This document shows positions 1 to 11,527 of a DNA stretch of 64,000 nucleotides, one piece after another. Source of the stretch: Dimorphilus gyrociliatus (lineage: Eukaryota; Animalia; Annelida); the NCBI GenBank assembly GCA_904063045.1, contig CAJFCJ010000004.1:122195-186194 (forward strand), in the 5' to 3' direction. How positions within the stretch are numbered: position 1 is the first letter of the stretch; every line of letters starts with the position of its first letter. A program made the position numbers and the translations under genes. The notes under the pieces were generated by a model. It worked only from the letters and a program-made list of their open reading frames with translations, ran no database searches and was not told where the DNA came from.

Positions 1-54
1 GGTGGTGGCGGAGGCGGAGGACCGAAAAATCAGAGAGGCCGAGGTCAAAGATAA
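1..54 (+). CDS. 3' end of a gene entering from upstream of the window (Gly/Arg-rich tail GGGGGGGPKNQRGRGQR*)
   Basis: GC-rich open frame from base 1 to TAA at 52-54, followed by AT-rich 3' UTR-like sequence. Product not identifiable. Confidence 0.5.
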   Translation, partial: GGGGGGGPKNQRGRGQR

Positions 55-272
55 CGTGTATAATTTATATATTTTCTAATATAAACATACCGTTTATAAT
101 AAATGTTTTTTAATTTATCCTCTAACACGAAAAAAAAACGGATTTCTCTTAAATATGACATATCATAATGTCAACAATTAACTAAGGGAATCTTCTGAAG
201 AAACAATTTTACAACAGCCTAAGCACGAATCATTAGATTTCTCCTCACTAATATAAAAATGTGACCAAACTT

Positions 273-2047
273 TCACGTCTTAATCTGAAAATATTTGTAA
301 AGTTCCTCTTTGTCTAATGTCTCATCATGATTAGTGTCGTAGGGAGTAATATGTTCCTTTGTGGTGCCAGAATACTGAACGAGATCATCAAGTTTAACTG
401 CAAAATTATTTTTGTTGAGGTTGTTCTTTGAAGATTTTAAAGATGAAAGAAATTCCCTCAATTTTTCTGAGCCTGTATAAAAAAGTAATTTTTAGTTTGT
501 ATCTGATGACAACAGTAATTATATATCAAACCTGTAGGATGCAAAACAGTGGTTATCGGAAGTGAAGTGAAATTATCATCGGTTGCATCTGTAGATATAA
601 AATCGTTTAATTATACGAAAAATAGATGAGACGATACATAACAAATGCACTCTAGATAGCAGAGATTGCAAATTGCATTATTACATATAAAATATTCTAT
701 AGTGAAAATTAAATTCAAGACATGTATGAAAATAACAATTTACCAGAAGATTTTTTGTCTTCTGTATATGCTGATTCTTTTATATCACTTTTTGTCCTTT
801 GGTTTATATCTGGTGCACTCAAATCTGATAAATTTCTTAGATTTTCTCGCAATTGATTAATCTGTCAGTTACAAACAATATAATTATAACATTCTTATTA
901 TTCTATCTGCAAGCGAAATCAAAATTATATTCATAAGAAAAAGCCAATGACTTTTTCTTCGGAATAATCTAAATATACTTTGACGTTTACCTCGTTCGCA
1001 AATTCATCGCTGCTTACAAAGTGATTTTCTAATGCTTTTGCCACAATTTCACTAACATTTCTTATATCCTGAGATTCATCTTTCCCAAATTTTAGCTTGA
1101 GCAATTCTATATCTTGATTGACTGATAGAAGACCATCGTGATATGAATTATTCATTACCACTAGCCTATGAGAAATTTTTTGAATTTCTGAGTGAGCAGC
1201 GTGAAGATCATTTTCTACACTCTTCAACTTGCTACCCAAATTTGTGAGTTCTTTCGTCAAATCATCGATTTTCGGTGCCGATTGCCTTTTTAGTGCAGTG
1301 TTAACGCTAAGAATAGAGGAATTTAGACGATCAGTTCTATGAGCAAGTCCAGAAATTGTTTTGTTTGTTAGTCTTTCAATACTCGAAATGCGGTCAGTCA
1401 ACATTTTAAATGTCCTTTGCACTGGTTGTTCAGTAGGCTTTGGTAGTCTCTGATCTAAAAAATTAATAAATGCGTCAAACGTTTGAATAATTAATTATGT
1501 TTCTCTCAATTAATAACTCACGCTCTTTTAGTTCTTTTTGTAAGGTAGAAATATCGTAACTAAGTTTCATAGTAAACCACAAAAGAACAGCAAAAAAGAT
1601 CAGTGAAATGCTCGCCAGTCCCAAGGCGCAATAGCCGCATGTTCGTCCGCTGCTTTTCCTGCTATTTGGGAATTGAAAGTATAAAATTTTATTTAATACT
1701 CTATCAATATTTAACATATTACTCAGAATTACCAAAATTTACAATATAACTGATCTAACTAAAAATAAATTTGATTTTAAGCTAAAATTTTACGTTCTAC
1801 AGATCCGTTTTCGTTCGTGTTCGTTATTTTCTAGGAAATTGCTTAATTAGAAAATGTCACGAAAGACGCTATATCTTAAGATCGCTGAGCAAAGTCCAAT
1901 TTACCTGCTTCGAATAGATTTTTCGCAGACACTAAACTCTTCGTTGTCTGAAGATTCCGATGCATCTCGTAGAAGGGAATGTTGACCTCTCTTCTTTCTC
2001 GTCTTCTTGTTCTGAACGAGAGCGTCTAAGTCGCGTCTCTTTTTCAT
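273..2047 (-). CDS. EFCAB14: EF-hand calcium-binding domain-containing protein 14 homologue (about 6 exons)
   Basis: Exon 1 (2047-1905) encodes MKKRRDLDALVQNKKTRKKRGQHSLLRDASESSDNEEF, resembling the EFCAB14 N-terminus. It is followed by a TM helix (CGYCALGLASISLIFFAVLLWF), a long coiled coil (ORF 931-1422) and a C-terminal EF-hand loop (DTNHDETLDKEE). GT-AG junctions are phase-consistent. Confidence 0.8.
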
Positions 2048-2382
2048 CTTTTTCGCCGGTTTATAATCTATGTGAACGACGCTTTGAAGATCCAGTATGG
2101 CTGATTTCTTCTTTAGTTAGTTAACTATATTTTAATTCAGTTCTAAAGAGTGGACAGATGATGAGAACGTGAAAAAATGTTATTCTTCGTTTAGTAACTT
2201 CAGGTCGTCCATATTATATTTGCGACTGCCGCATTTAATATTCGTAGCTCAGTGATTGGTTCACAAGAAAAGGCGCGAATTTTCAAATTAGAAGTTCACA
2301 TGCATATTAAATTATTTTTCGTATCTTATAAAAAAATATTACGACTGTCGTATAACAAATACTATTACACATCGAACCACAT

Positions 2383-5352
2383 TTAACGTTTACATGATGC
2401 AGGTGCTTTCAGTTTTTCTAATTCGGTCCTGAGCGAAGCAACAGCTCTTTCCAATTTTCCAGATTTAGGTGAAGCCTGGCACCAATTCTCTACTTCTTTT
2501 AATATTCTCTTTTTCTTCAAGTAGAAATGTGCTCGAATAACATCTTCAAATCCTGATGGAGGGTGGGCTAAATGAGCCAACATGGCATACTTTATAGTGT
2601 TAACTCGGACATCCAGATTATAATCAGCCGAATGCTTCTTTCCGGCTTCAGTTCCGATTTCCTGTTCGTATCCGGGTTCATTGAAATATGGTTCCGGGAC
2701 AAGTATAAGAGATTGTATCGATACGAGAACTTGAAGGACAGTGGACGTTGTCTCATTCCACTGTTCACCTGCTTGACCCTCCCAAGTTCCCAATAAAGAT
2801 AGACAAACCTTACCACATTGATACAAATTTGGATTAAAGCGTACAGTTCCTCCACCAGTTGTCTGAAGAGTTACGACAGGCGGCACTTTGGGATATCTAT
2901 GAGGCAAATAGATATCGAACAGAAAACAGCCGTGGGCATATGGAGTATTTTCTGGACCTGTAATAAGCGCCCTCATCAAACTCATCTTCTCTTCATCCGA
3001 ACGAACAAATATTGACGAGGACAATTCAAGGGGTAAGCTAGTAGCTAGCGTCGTCAGTTCTTGAGCAATTCGAACAACCTGCGAAGAAGATGGTGATGGA
3101 TTTCTATTAAAGTCTTTCGCATTGTAATGCACATTAGGTCCATCTGTTTTAAATAAAAGTTACATTAATTTCTTTTTTAGACATATACACTTGCGAAATA
3201 TAAAGTCTGTAACTTTCGTGTTAACTGATATTAACTGTCTTGTACTCACCCAATTCGATATCGTTTGAGGAAAAGATGCAATCTTTCAATGCACTTTTGT
3301 AAAGTTCCTCACAATTTTGCTCTCCTTTATCACTTTCTTCGGAAGATGACGAACGAGTTATAGTAGTTTCTATACCAACTCTTTCAAATGCTTCTTTCAC
3401 ATCATTAAATAAGGCAGCAAAATCTCTTGCTAACTTCTCCTCATCTAGAGTCTGATCTTCTGAGGTATTTTCATCTTCTCCTTTTGTCTCAGAGGAACTG
3501 ACTTTTCTTTGACTAGTTTTCATCTTTTTCGGCCGTCGAGAATTACTCAAAGAAGGCGAATTACTTTTTGGGACATTCTTTAGCTTAGGTATAGAACCAT
3601 TACCTGCTTTACAAATATGTGTAAGCATAACATTTGCCTTTTCCTCTAACTCTTTCAACAACTCATAGATTGATTGTGTCTGATTAGGTAGTTTGGCTAA
3701 TAAAGGGACTAGGGCTGGTTGTAAAGAAATTTCTTTTAGAACGTCAACTATGGCCTTGTATACTGCTGTGTGACGTCCCATTTCCAAAACAGATTTAGCG
3801 GCAGTAAGCTGTTGCTCCAGAAAAGGAATTAAGGCTGATCCTTCAAGAACGTGCAACATGTCTTCAACTGGATCCACGGAAGAATCTTTCTCTTTCGCTG
3901 CATTCTTTGGTTTTAACTGTGGTGCATGATTTGCGTACAGTAGTTTCAACTCCTTAAGAATTGAAATTAAAACGGATTCTATTTGCCGATCCTTTTCTTT
4001 TTGGGCTGCGACATGGGCTTGAATATCCCAAGCTGGCCGTTTGTTGTGTCCATATCCCGTACCAGCAGCCCAGTACTCTTCTCTTTTAGTACCTCCATTC
4101 GACTGCTTCGAATGAGATAATTTCGGTGTAGCTTGAGGTAAATCATTTACGGCAGCAGAAGCTCTGGGATTTACCTCAGTCACAATTGCCAATTTCAGCA
4201 AGTGATGTTCAATGTCATGATAAGCACCATATCTATATTTCACGGGGTCGTTTCGAGGTGATACGACGTCGATCCTTGCCACTTTCTGAAGAACTTTGTG
4301 AACGTCTGTTAGAACGTCTCTCATTGATCTAGTTGGTTCCCAGTAAGTCAATTTAAGCATATCCAAATTAGTTACTCGTTGGTTGAGAGATGATGCTAAT
4401 CTTGGTCTGACAACTCGCAGTAATGGAGGATAAAACGGATATAGGTCTAATGCAAAGTCCAACTCTAATTCAATGTAGTTGTAACCCCAACGCTTCATTC
4501 CCTCCTCTAATTCTTGTCCCAAAACGTCAACGAATGATGATAGTTTTACTCGCCAATTGTAAATGTTGTCGTCTATAGGTTCGGCAGAAATTCCTGTTTC
4601 CTCACAAGTTGCCATTATATCAATTAGATCGTTGGTTAAAATTCCACTTGCTGCTGATGATGTGAAAATTTGTTGAATATTATCAGCTGCAGTTGCTCGA
4701 CCCATTGTGTGCATCATTTTTCCTGATTCTTTTTCTTCTCGAATCATTTTTTCTTTGTGACTCCATCTCTTCTTTAACCTCGCTATCTTCAGCTCCCAAT
4801 CTGTTGTAAATGCTGAGTCGTCATCCATACCACATTCATCGTCCACGTCCATTTCATCCTCCGTGCTTACCCGATCATTGTGATAAAGTTCAGCCGCCTT
4901 CTTTAGAATATTTTGAATACGAAGAGGTTGAGGAGAATCAAGAAGGAACTCATTAACCGAATTGGCCCACATAGATAGCGATGTGCTCTTTGTGTTTAAA
5001 TAAAAAGCATCAGTATGAGAGGGATAATCCGGTGGACACTGTAATTCTACTTCGTATTCATTATCTATCATGAGTGTTAGTTTGTTATTTGTTTCTTCCT
5101 TATTTTCTTCAATCGGTCCCGCCTGAAAGAATGTTTATCATAGGAGATATTTAGTGATATTCGATGGATTAATATATTGAATGAAATTGACAAACGTATA
5201 ATTAATTAATTAAGGATGCGAAATGCAACGACTGTAACATTAAATCGTACACATACCTCCAATAAAAATATTGGAACCCCATCATGGTTCTTGTGAAAAT
5301 CCTCGAAATCATGAATTAAATTTTGGACGGCATTCGACGGCGCAGCCGCCAT
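2383..5352 (-). CDS. Large ubiquitin-conjugating enzyme (909 aa): N-terminal UBE2Q-like/UEV domain plus C-terminal BIRC6/UBE2O/UBE2Z-type UBC domain
   Basis: Exons 5352-5257, 5122-3250 and 3143-2383 total 2730 nt in frame. The C-terminal UBC has the active-site motif VRFNPNLYQCGKVCLSLLGTW and LILVPEPYFNEPGYE. The internal domain DDNIYNWRVKL...YPFYPPLLRVVRP is E2-fold-like. Confidence 0.85.
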
Positions 5353-5632
5353 TTTGCTGAGATACAAAAACTATTTCGTAACTCTTCAAACATACCTAAT
5401 CAAAAATTTCCAAATGTAAAATTAAAGAGCAATTTTTACTTGTAAATTAATCATAAACTTTAGATAACACAACGGTATCCGAAAAAATCCTTATGAGACT
5501 ACTAACGACACCTATTTAGTTTTTAAAAAATTTGAAATATTTTACAAATACCAAGTTTCATTTTGTGTATTGATTTAGACTTTGTTCAATTTTATTTAAA
5601 TTGCAAATTTACTATTTCGAAAATTAAGATTT

Positions 5633-7363
5633 TCACATAAGAAATGGTATTATTGGTTTTCGTCCTTTGGGATAATTCTTAAATTCTCTCTTGTAATTTC
5701 TGTGTTTACCAGCAGCCCATACAGCCATTTGGTAGAAACCGGCGAACATGAATAAACCAGAAGGTATGGATTGGGTCATAATTGTGAAGAAAAACCAAGA
5801 TCCAACTTCGTATGTGTAGTTGGGGCAGGAAACAAAATTAAAGAGAATCGTAAAGGGATTTGATGTGGGATAAGGAATTTTTCTTTCTTTTGATCCTATA
5901 TGAAGAAAAAAAAATGTTTTTTTGTATGACTGTCAATTCTACTTATACGAACCGGCTGGTCTCAAATTTCGAAGAGCAATGTGGATGGACAGGTTACCCA
6001 GTTCGCATATCTGGAACAGAATAAAAAATACTATTGTATCAGAAATTGAATTATGTTTCTTACAATAAATCCAGCTAATCCAATGTAAATTTGAGTTGTG
6101 CCGAAAACTTAAAAAGAGAAAAACGATCTTTACTATATTGTATTAAAAGAAAAGGAAGTTTTCTTACCTGGCGGCGTGTACAATGGGTGATTAATGTAAT
6201 AGGCTACGTATGCGGCAAATCCCCAATAATAGAACGAGTTCTAAGAGAGTTAAAATTTATAAATTAGAAAAAAGCAAAGTCAAATATGGAATAATACTTT
6301 GAAGATATTTCTAATTGGCATAGTTCCATGAGAAAATCGATGAACAAAAACAGTTTCAAACAATCTTTTCGCGTAATGACCAATCCAACAGAACATTGCA
6401 ATACTTTTTTAAAAGTTGAGAGTACTGTGTTATTTGCGTTGCGGTTGAGAATTAAAAAGAACTTACTCTACTACTGGATGAGTGGGAGCATTGCTATCTG
6501 CATAAATCAACGAAGGTCTCAAATAGAACAATAGGTATGCGAAAAGAGGTCCACTATATTCTGTCAGGAAGACCTATTTCAATTTGAATAGGTTAGTCAG
6601 AATTTTAATTTTAATTTTAATTAGAACTCACAGTTGTCCACCCAACTTGTGGTCCTAAATCTTTAAAATATAATTGTTTAGGATTTCCAACATTTCCGAG
6701 AGTTTCATTGTCTTTCAACATTTTCCCTCCTGAAAGTATTTTAAGTTTTAAGGTTATTGGTTCTCAGTATCAATTTAATCAACTAACTGGGCTCCAAACG
6801 GTAGGATTGACGATCTTGATAATATTTAGAAACTGTTAGGAAAAAAGTAATGTTACTTTTCTCAATGTCTGTACGAAAATCAAGTATCTCGATAAAGCGT
6901 TAGTTATTTTGACTTTTAAAATTAACATCTTCTTAGCATATTGTATGTTTAGTAAAGGTATATACGTGCAAATGTAACTTACACATCCTTTCATAGGCGA
7001 CTTTGACATCTTTAATGGTAGATGATCCTGACAACTGATTTAGTAATATTTCAAAGTATAGAAACATGAATATTAGTAGAGCAACAAAATCATACTTACG
7101 TTATCCAATGTTGCCAGAATTTTGTCATTACGATTCAGGATTTGCACGCTTATGGTCTGAAAATATTTGATCTTGAATGAATAGGCTTAGATTTGAACAT
7201 TGAGCCGGTTGGAAAATTAAGAATCTAGGCTTATAATCATTTAATATATTTAAATCTTTTTGTAGTATCTGAACTTTTAATATTATTTTTATTTGTGTAG
7301 TGTTTTTCAATCACTTATTGCATAATAAATATACAGTTTTTAGCAAAATTTTACCTGAGACAT
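5633..7363 (-). CDS. TECR: Very-long-chain trans-2,3-enoyl-CoA reductase
   Basis: Spliced peptides [50 protein letters not shown] and [13 protein letters not shown]...[24 protein letters not shown] are TECR hallmarks. Confidence 0.93.
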
Positions 7364-7603
7364 GCTGATTTAGTCTAAAGTCTAAACAATGACCGTGACT
7401 TTACAAGGTAACCAATCAAAACTGGTTTTTGTAGGCTTAATAAATATTAAAATTTTGTGACAAGAAATCTTATTGGACAATATCATCAACAAAAAGAAAT
7501 GTTTTTGGGAGTTTCTGACTGGTTCCCAGTTCAGGTTGATAATAAATGCTGAACGAATAACAACCGATCGTGTTGTTTACGCCAAAAGCCAGTTTTTCCG
7601 CTT

Positions 7604-7618
7604 AGAATTTTCGAGAAT
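7604..7618 (+). promoter_or_regulatory. Heat-shock element (3 inverted nGAAn units)
   Basis: AGAAT-TTTCG-AGAAT, about 90 nt upstream of the DNAJB ATG in the TECR/DNAJB divergent promoter. Confidence 0.7.
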
Positions 7619-7706
7619 CTAGTAGAGAATTCTTCAAAAAAACATATTTAAAGTTCGTGTCAACGTTATATTGTAATCTGAATTTAAAGATATCCGAGCA
7701 TTAAAC

Positions 7707-8699
7707 ATGGGCAAAGATTACTACAAAATCCTTGGAGTTTCAAAAGACGCTGATGACGACTCTCTTAAAAAGTCCTATAGGAAATTGGCTTTAAAATTTC
7801 ATCCGGATAAGAATAAATCTCCAGGAGCTGAGGAAAAATTTAAAGAGATATCTGAAGCTTATGACGTATTGTCAAACAAGGAGAAGCGAAAACTCTATGA
7901 CCAATATGGAGAAGAAGGCTTAAAATCCGGTGGCTTTGGGGGAGGCGGACCCTCAACTGGAGGCACTTCTTTCACTTACAACTTCTCTGGAACAGATCCT
8001 TTTGAAGTTTTCCGAACGGCTTTTGACGGAGAAAATCCTTTCTCTAGTATGTTTAGTGGTTCTCGAGGTTTTCAATTTATGGATGTTGACGACAGTATGT
8101 TCGGACCACATCAACATTTTAAAACTCGAAGCAAAAGAGAGCAAGATACACCGATTGTCAAAGACTTACTAGTTAGTCTTGAAGATATTTATAAAGGAGT
8201 AACGAAAAAGATGAAGATTACCAAAAAAGTCCCATCGCCAGACGGGCGTAGCTTGCGACCGGAGGAAAAGGTGTTAACCATAGATATTAAACCAGGTTGG
8301 AAGGAAGGTACAAAAATAACCTTTCCGAAAGAGGGAGATCAAAATCCTGGAAGAGTTCCTGCCGATATAGTGTTCATTATAAAAGACAGACAACATTTAC
8401 ATTTTCAAAGAGACGGATCGGATATACGTTTTAAGGCAAAAGTTGGTCTTAGAGAAGCTTTGACAGGAGCAAATCTCAACGTACCAACACTTGACGCAAG
8501 TAATATAAAACTTGAAGTGAGAGACGTTATAACTCCAAAAACAATCAGAAGAATTCAAGGGCAAGGATTACCAATTCCCAAAGAAGGTGGTAAAAGAGGA
8601 GATTTAATTGTAGAATTTGATATAATCTTCCCAACAAATCTTTCTCAACGTCAAAAGAATATTCTACTCGATACTTTACCTAAAACAACTTGTAGCTAA
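7707..8699 (+). CDS. DNAJB4: DnaJ/Hsp40 class B co-chaperone (DNAJB1/4/5 family), intronless
   Basis: [12 protein letters not shown]-domain with HPD, G/F-rich linker, C-terminal substrate-binding domain ([19 protein letters not shown]). Exact paralogue within DNAJB1/4/5 cannot be assigned. Confidence 0.92.
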   Translation: MGKDYYKILGVSKDADDDSLKKSYRKLALKFHPDKNKSPGAEEKFKEISEAYDVLSNKEKRKLYDQYGEEGLKSGGFGGGGPSTGGTSFTYNFSGTDPFEVFRTAFDGENPFSSMFSGSRGFQFMDVDDSMFGPHQHFKTRSKREQDTPIVKDLLVSLEDIYKGVTKKMKITKKVPSPDGRSLRPEEKVLTIDIKPGWKEGTKITFPKEGDQNPGRVPADIVFIIKDRQHLHFQRDGSDIRFKAKVGLREALTGANLNVPTLDASNIKLEVRDVITPKTIRRIQGQGLPIPKEGGKRGDLIVEFDIIFPTNLSQRQKNILLDTLPKTTCS

Positions 8700-9110
8700 A
8701 GCCTCTTTAACTATACTATAAACTGTATTGGTGCTGTTGCGTGATATGTAAAAACGATGGTTACCTTAAAAACAAGACATCTTCTCCATTGTACTCAAAA
8801 TAATTTATTTTTGTTCATTTGCATATTTAAAAAATTTGTATCAAATACAACTTGATGTTTTACAAATCATAAATTCTTTTGTTAATTAATTAAGAACTTT
8901 ATCTAAATATTTAAATTAGTTTTATTGCGCCGATATTTTCAAACTAGAGCGCGAAAATAAAAAATATCAACCGTGCATTTAATAATGTGGTATACTCTGG
9001 CAATTGGGGGAAAAAGTAGAACTAGAAACCAGATTATTAATGTAATAACTTTATCGTTCTGGATTCAAAGCGTGTTTAGCAGACAGTAATATTAATTTTA
9101 AGAATTAGGC

Positions 9111-9965
9111 ATGTCCCAGAATACCAAAGCCACCTGTAAAATAGGTCCCTCGATTCTTAGTGCAGATTTATCTCAATTAGCTGATGTCTGTAATAATATG
9201 ATGGATAATGGAGCTGATTTCCTCCATTTAGATGTCATGGATGGACATTTTGTTCCTAATATGACTTTTGGGCACCCTATTGTTAAATGTTTACGAAAAC
9301 ATGTTCCGAACGCTTTCTTCGATATGCACATGATGGTTGATAACCCTCAAAATGTTTGTAGGATAATCCTACATATTGGTTGATCGGTTTTATGTTCAAA
9401 TTTTGCAGTGGGTAGAAGATATGGCTTCGTCGGGGGCTACGCAATATACGTTTCATTATGAGGCAACCGAGGACGTCGATGGCTGTATTCGTAAAATTAG
9501 AGAAGCTGGAATGAAAGTAAAACACTTTTTCATTCACTTATTTTAACTAACTTTATCAAATGCAACAGGTTGGTATGGGTATAAAACCTGGTACTCCTGT
9601 TGAAGTATTTGACCAGTATATTGAAAAAATCGATATGGCTCTAATTATGACTGTAGAACCTGGCTTCGGTGGGCAAAAATTTATGGGAGATATGATGCCT
9701 AAAATAGAATACTTGCGAAAAAAGTATCAGGAATTAGATATTGAAGTGGATGGTGGCGTTAGTCCAAACACCATAGACCAATGTGCAAATGTTTGTATAT
9801 TAAGCAGGTCCGTCCTTAGAATATTCTAAATATATATGCTTTCTGTCTAAATAGGCCGGAGCGAATATGATAGTGTCGGGAACAGCCGTTGTCTACGCCG
9901 ACGACCCACGCCAAGTGATGAATAAGCTTCGGGATGTTTGTAATGAAAAATTAAGTAGATATTAA
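9111..9965 (+). CDS. RPE: Ribulose-phosphate 3-epimerase (4 exons: 9111-9353, 9409-9516, 9569-9790, 9855-9965)
   Basis: [41 protein letters not shown] and AGANMIVSG motifs; canonical introns in phase. Confidence 0.96.
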
Positions 9966-10556
9966 TTAAGAAAATTACAGTTAATTCTTAATTTTTAATA
10001 AATAAATGAATAATGCAAGTAATGTACTTGTTAAATGTCCTACTCTCTCTCTATATAATCATTTCTGTAATTAAGCATATCTTTTCTATCAAAACTCCCT
10101 TAACAATTACATAATGTAGAGAGAAATTTTTTTCTTCAGTTTAAACAAATGACCGATTACCGAATCAAATTTCGCTTTTATGCTTTCAATTTAGCGAAAG
10201 TACTATAAACTTTTTGTCTCTTGTATTAGTTTTTTCCTGCTAACTATTGGAATTATCTTTAAAATTAACTTTTAAATTTTGCAATGATTACATCCGGTCA
10301 GAAAGCACTTTTTTCATAATATTACTTATAGTATAAAATACGTTCAAAACCCGGATATAATTTGGAAATACATTAATTACAGCCCTATAGGTGGCGTATG
10401 TCATCTTACTGTGGTATGTTAATATAGACCTATATTAGAAATGCAATACTATTAAAGAGTTCTACTTGTGTTCATCAATCAGGCGACGTGGTTTTAACGG
10501 GAGAATTTTAGATTGTCCTTCTATTAATTTTAATACTATAGTGTCTTTATTCGATA

Positions 10557-11213
10557 ATGCCCTTGGAGATGATGCTGAATAATCAAATGAACCGCCGAAG
10601 ATCCGTAAATAGGGAGGAAGCTAAACCTTCAACATTAGGAAAGGAAAATGGCATCAAACGTCGCAGCTTTACTCTCATACCTTCAGCAACGCAGATTAAA
10701 TCAGAGAAAACTATGGAGGAGATCGAACGAATAATAAATGATAGAATGGAAAATTTAAAGGCTCAGCTTCATCTTGATATTATTGAATCAACATCTCCCG
10801 AAAGAAAAATAAAACCTACGGCCAATCAGGAAATGCTGGAATCCCTCGACAATCTCTTTGCAAAAATTGATGAGGAAGAGAAAAAGGAGCTTCCACGAAG
10901 TGTTCATATGCTCAATGTTCCGAATCCGAAAAAAGTATTTGCCTCAGGCAGTGGGCTAGCCAGCGGAATAATAGGTGAAAGGAATAGGTTCCAGGTACAC
11001 ACAAGTGAATTTTCTGGCAATGGGTGGTTATCAGTGGGAATACAAGGGCCCAAACGCCATAGTGTTCAAGAATCAATAATAACCTACACAGGAGATGGAA
11101 TTTACGAGATAAGCTATGTTGTCAATCATCCTGGCCTATACAATATTAGTGTAAAATGGGCACAACATGATATAAGCAATGGACCGTTCTTATGTGAAAT
11201 CCTATTGGAATAG
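10557..11213 (+). CDS. Protein with a single C-terminal filamin/ABP280 repeat
   Basis: 218-aa ORF whose C-terminal ~100 aa (PNPKKVFASGSGL...LSVGIQGP...GDGIYEISYVV..PGLYNISVKW...I.NGPF) match the filamin Ig-repeat pattern. Confidence 0.75.
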   Translation: MPLEMMLNNQMNRRRSVNREEAKPSTLGKENGIKRRSFTLIPSATQIKSEKTMEEIERIINDRMENLKAQLHLDIIESTSPERKIKPTANQEMLESLDNLFAKIDEEEKKELPRSVHMLNVPNPKKVFASGSGLASGIIGERNRFQVHTSEFSGNGWLSVGIQGPKRHSVQESIITYTGDGIYEISYVVNHPGLYNISVKWAQHDISNGPFLCEILLE

Positions 11214-11527
11214 CTTTTGATAATAAAAAAGTCCACCTGTTATAATATAAACGTAAAGTGTATTTTCAGGGTATGATAATTTTATAATGTTCCTTCTGTT
11301 TCATAACAAATTTTAACTACTTTTATGCAAACGTAAAAAAAAAAGTCATATTTCTACTTTTTTTATATATAACAAAGGTCTTCCGTATGTACAATACAAA
11401 AACAGTTGTTAATTCAATGTCGAATGCTCGAGGTCAAGACGCGTCGTTTTTTCCGTGCTATTAAAACAAAGCGAAACGTTAAAGAATCGCAAAATTAAAA
11501 TAGTTTGTTTTTTTTTTGTTTTTTTTT

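Noticed and set aside
666-860. 64-aa plus-strand ORF
   Set aside because: Antisense shadow of an EFCAB14 exon and introns.
2572-3015. Several short ORFs overlapping the UBC exon (also those overlapping DNAJB, XBP1 3' end, DFPase, SUN and GPCRs)
   Set aside because: Alternative-frame or antisense shadows of well-supported CDSs, with no independent motifs.
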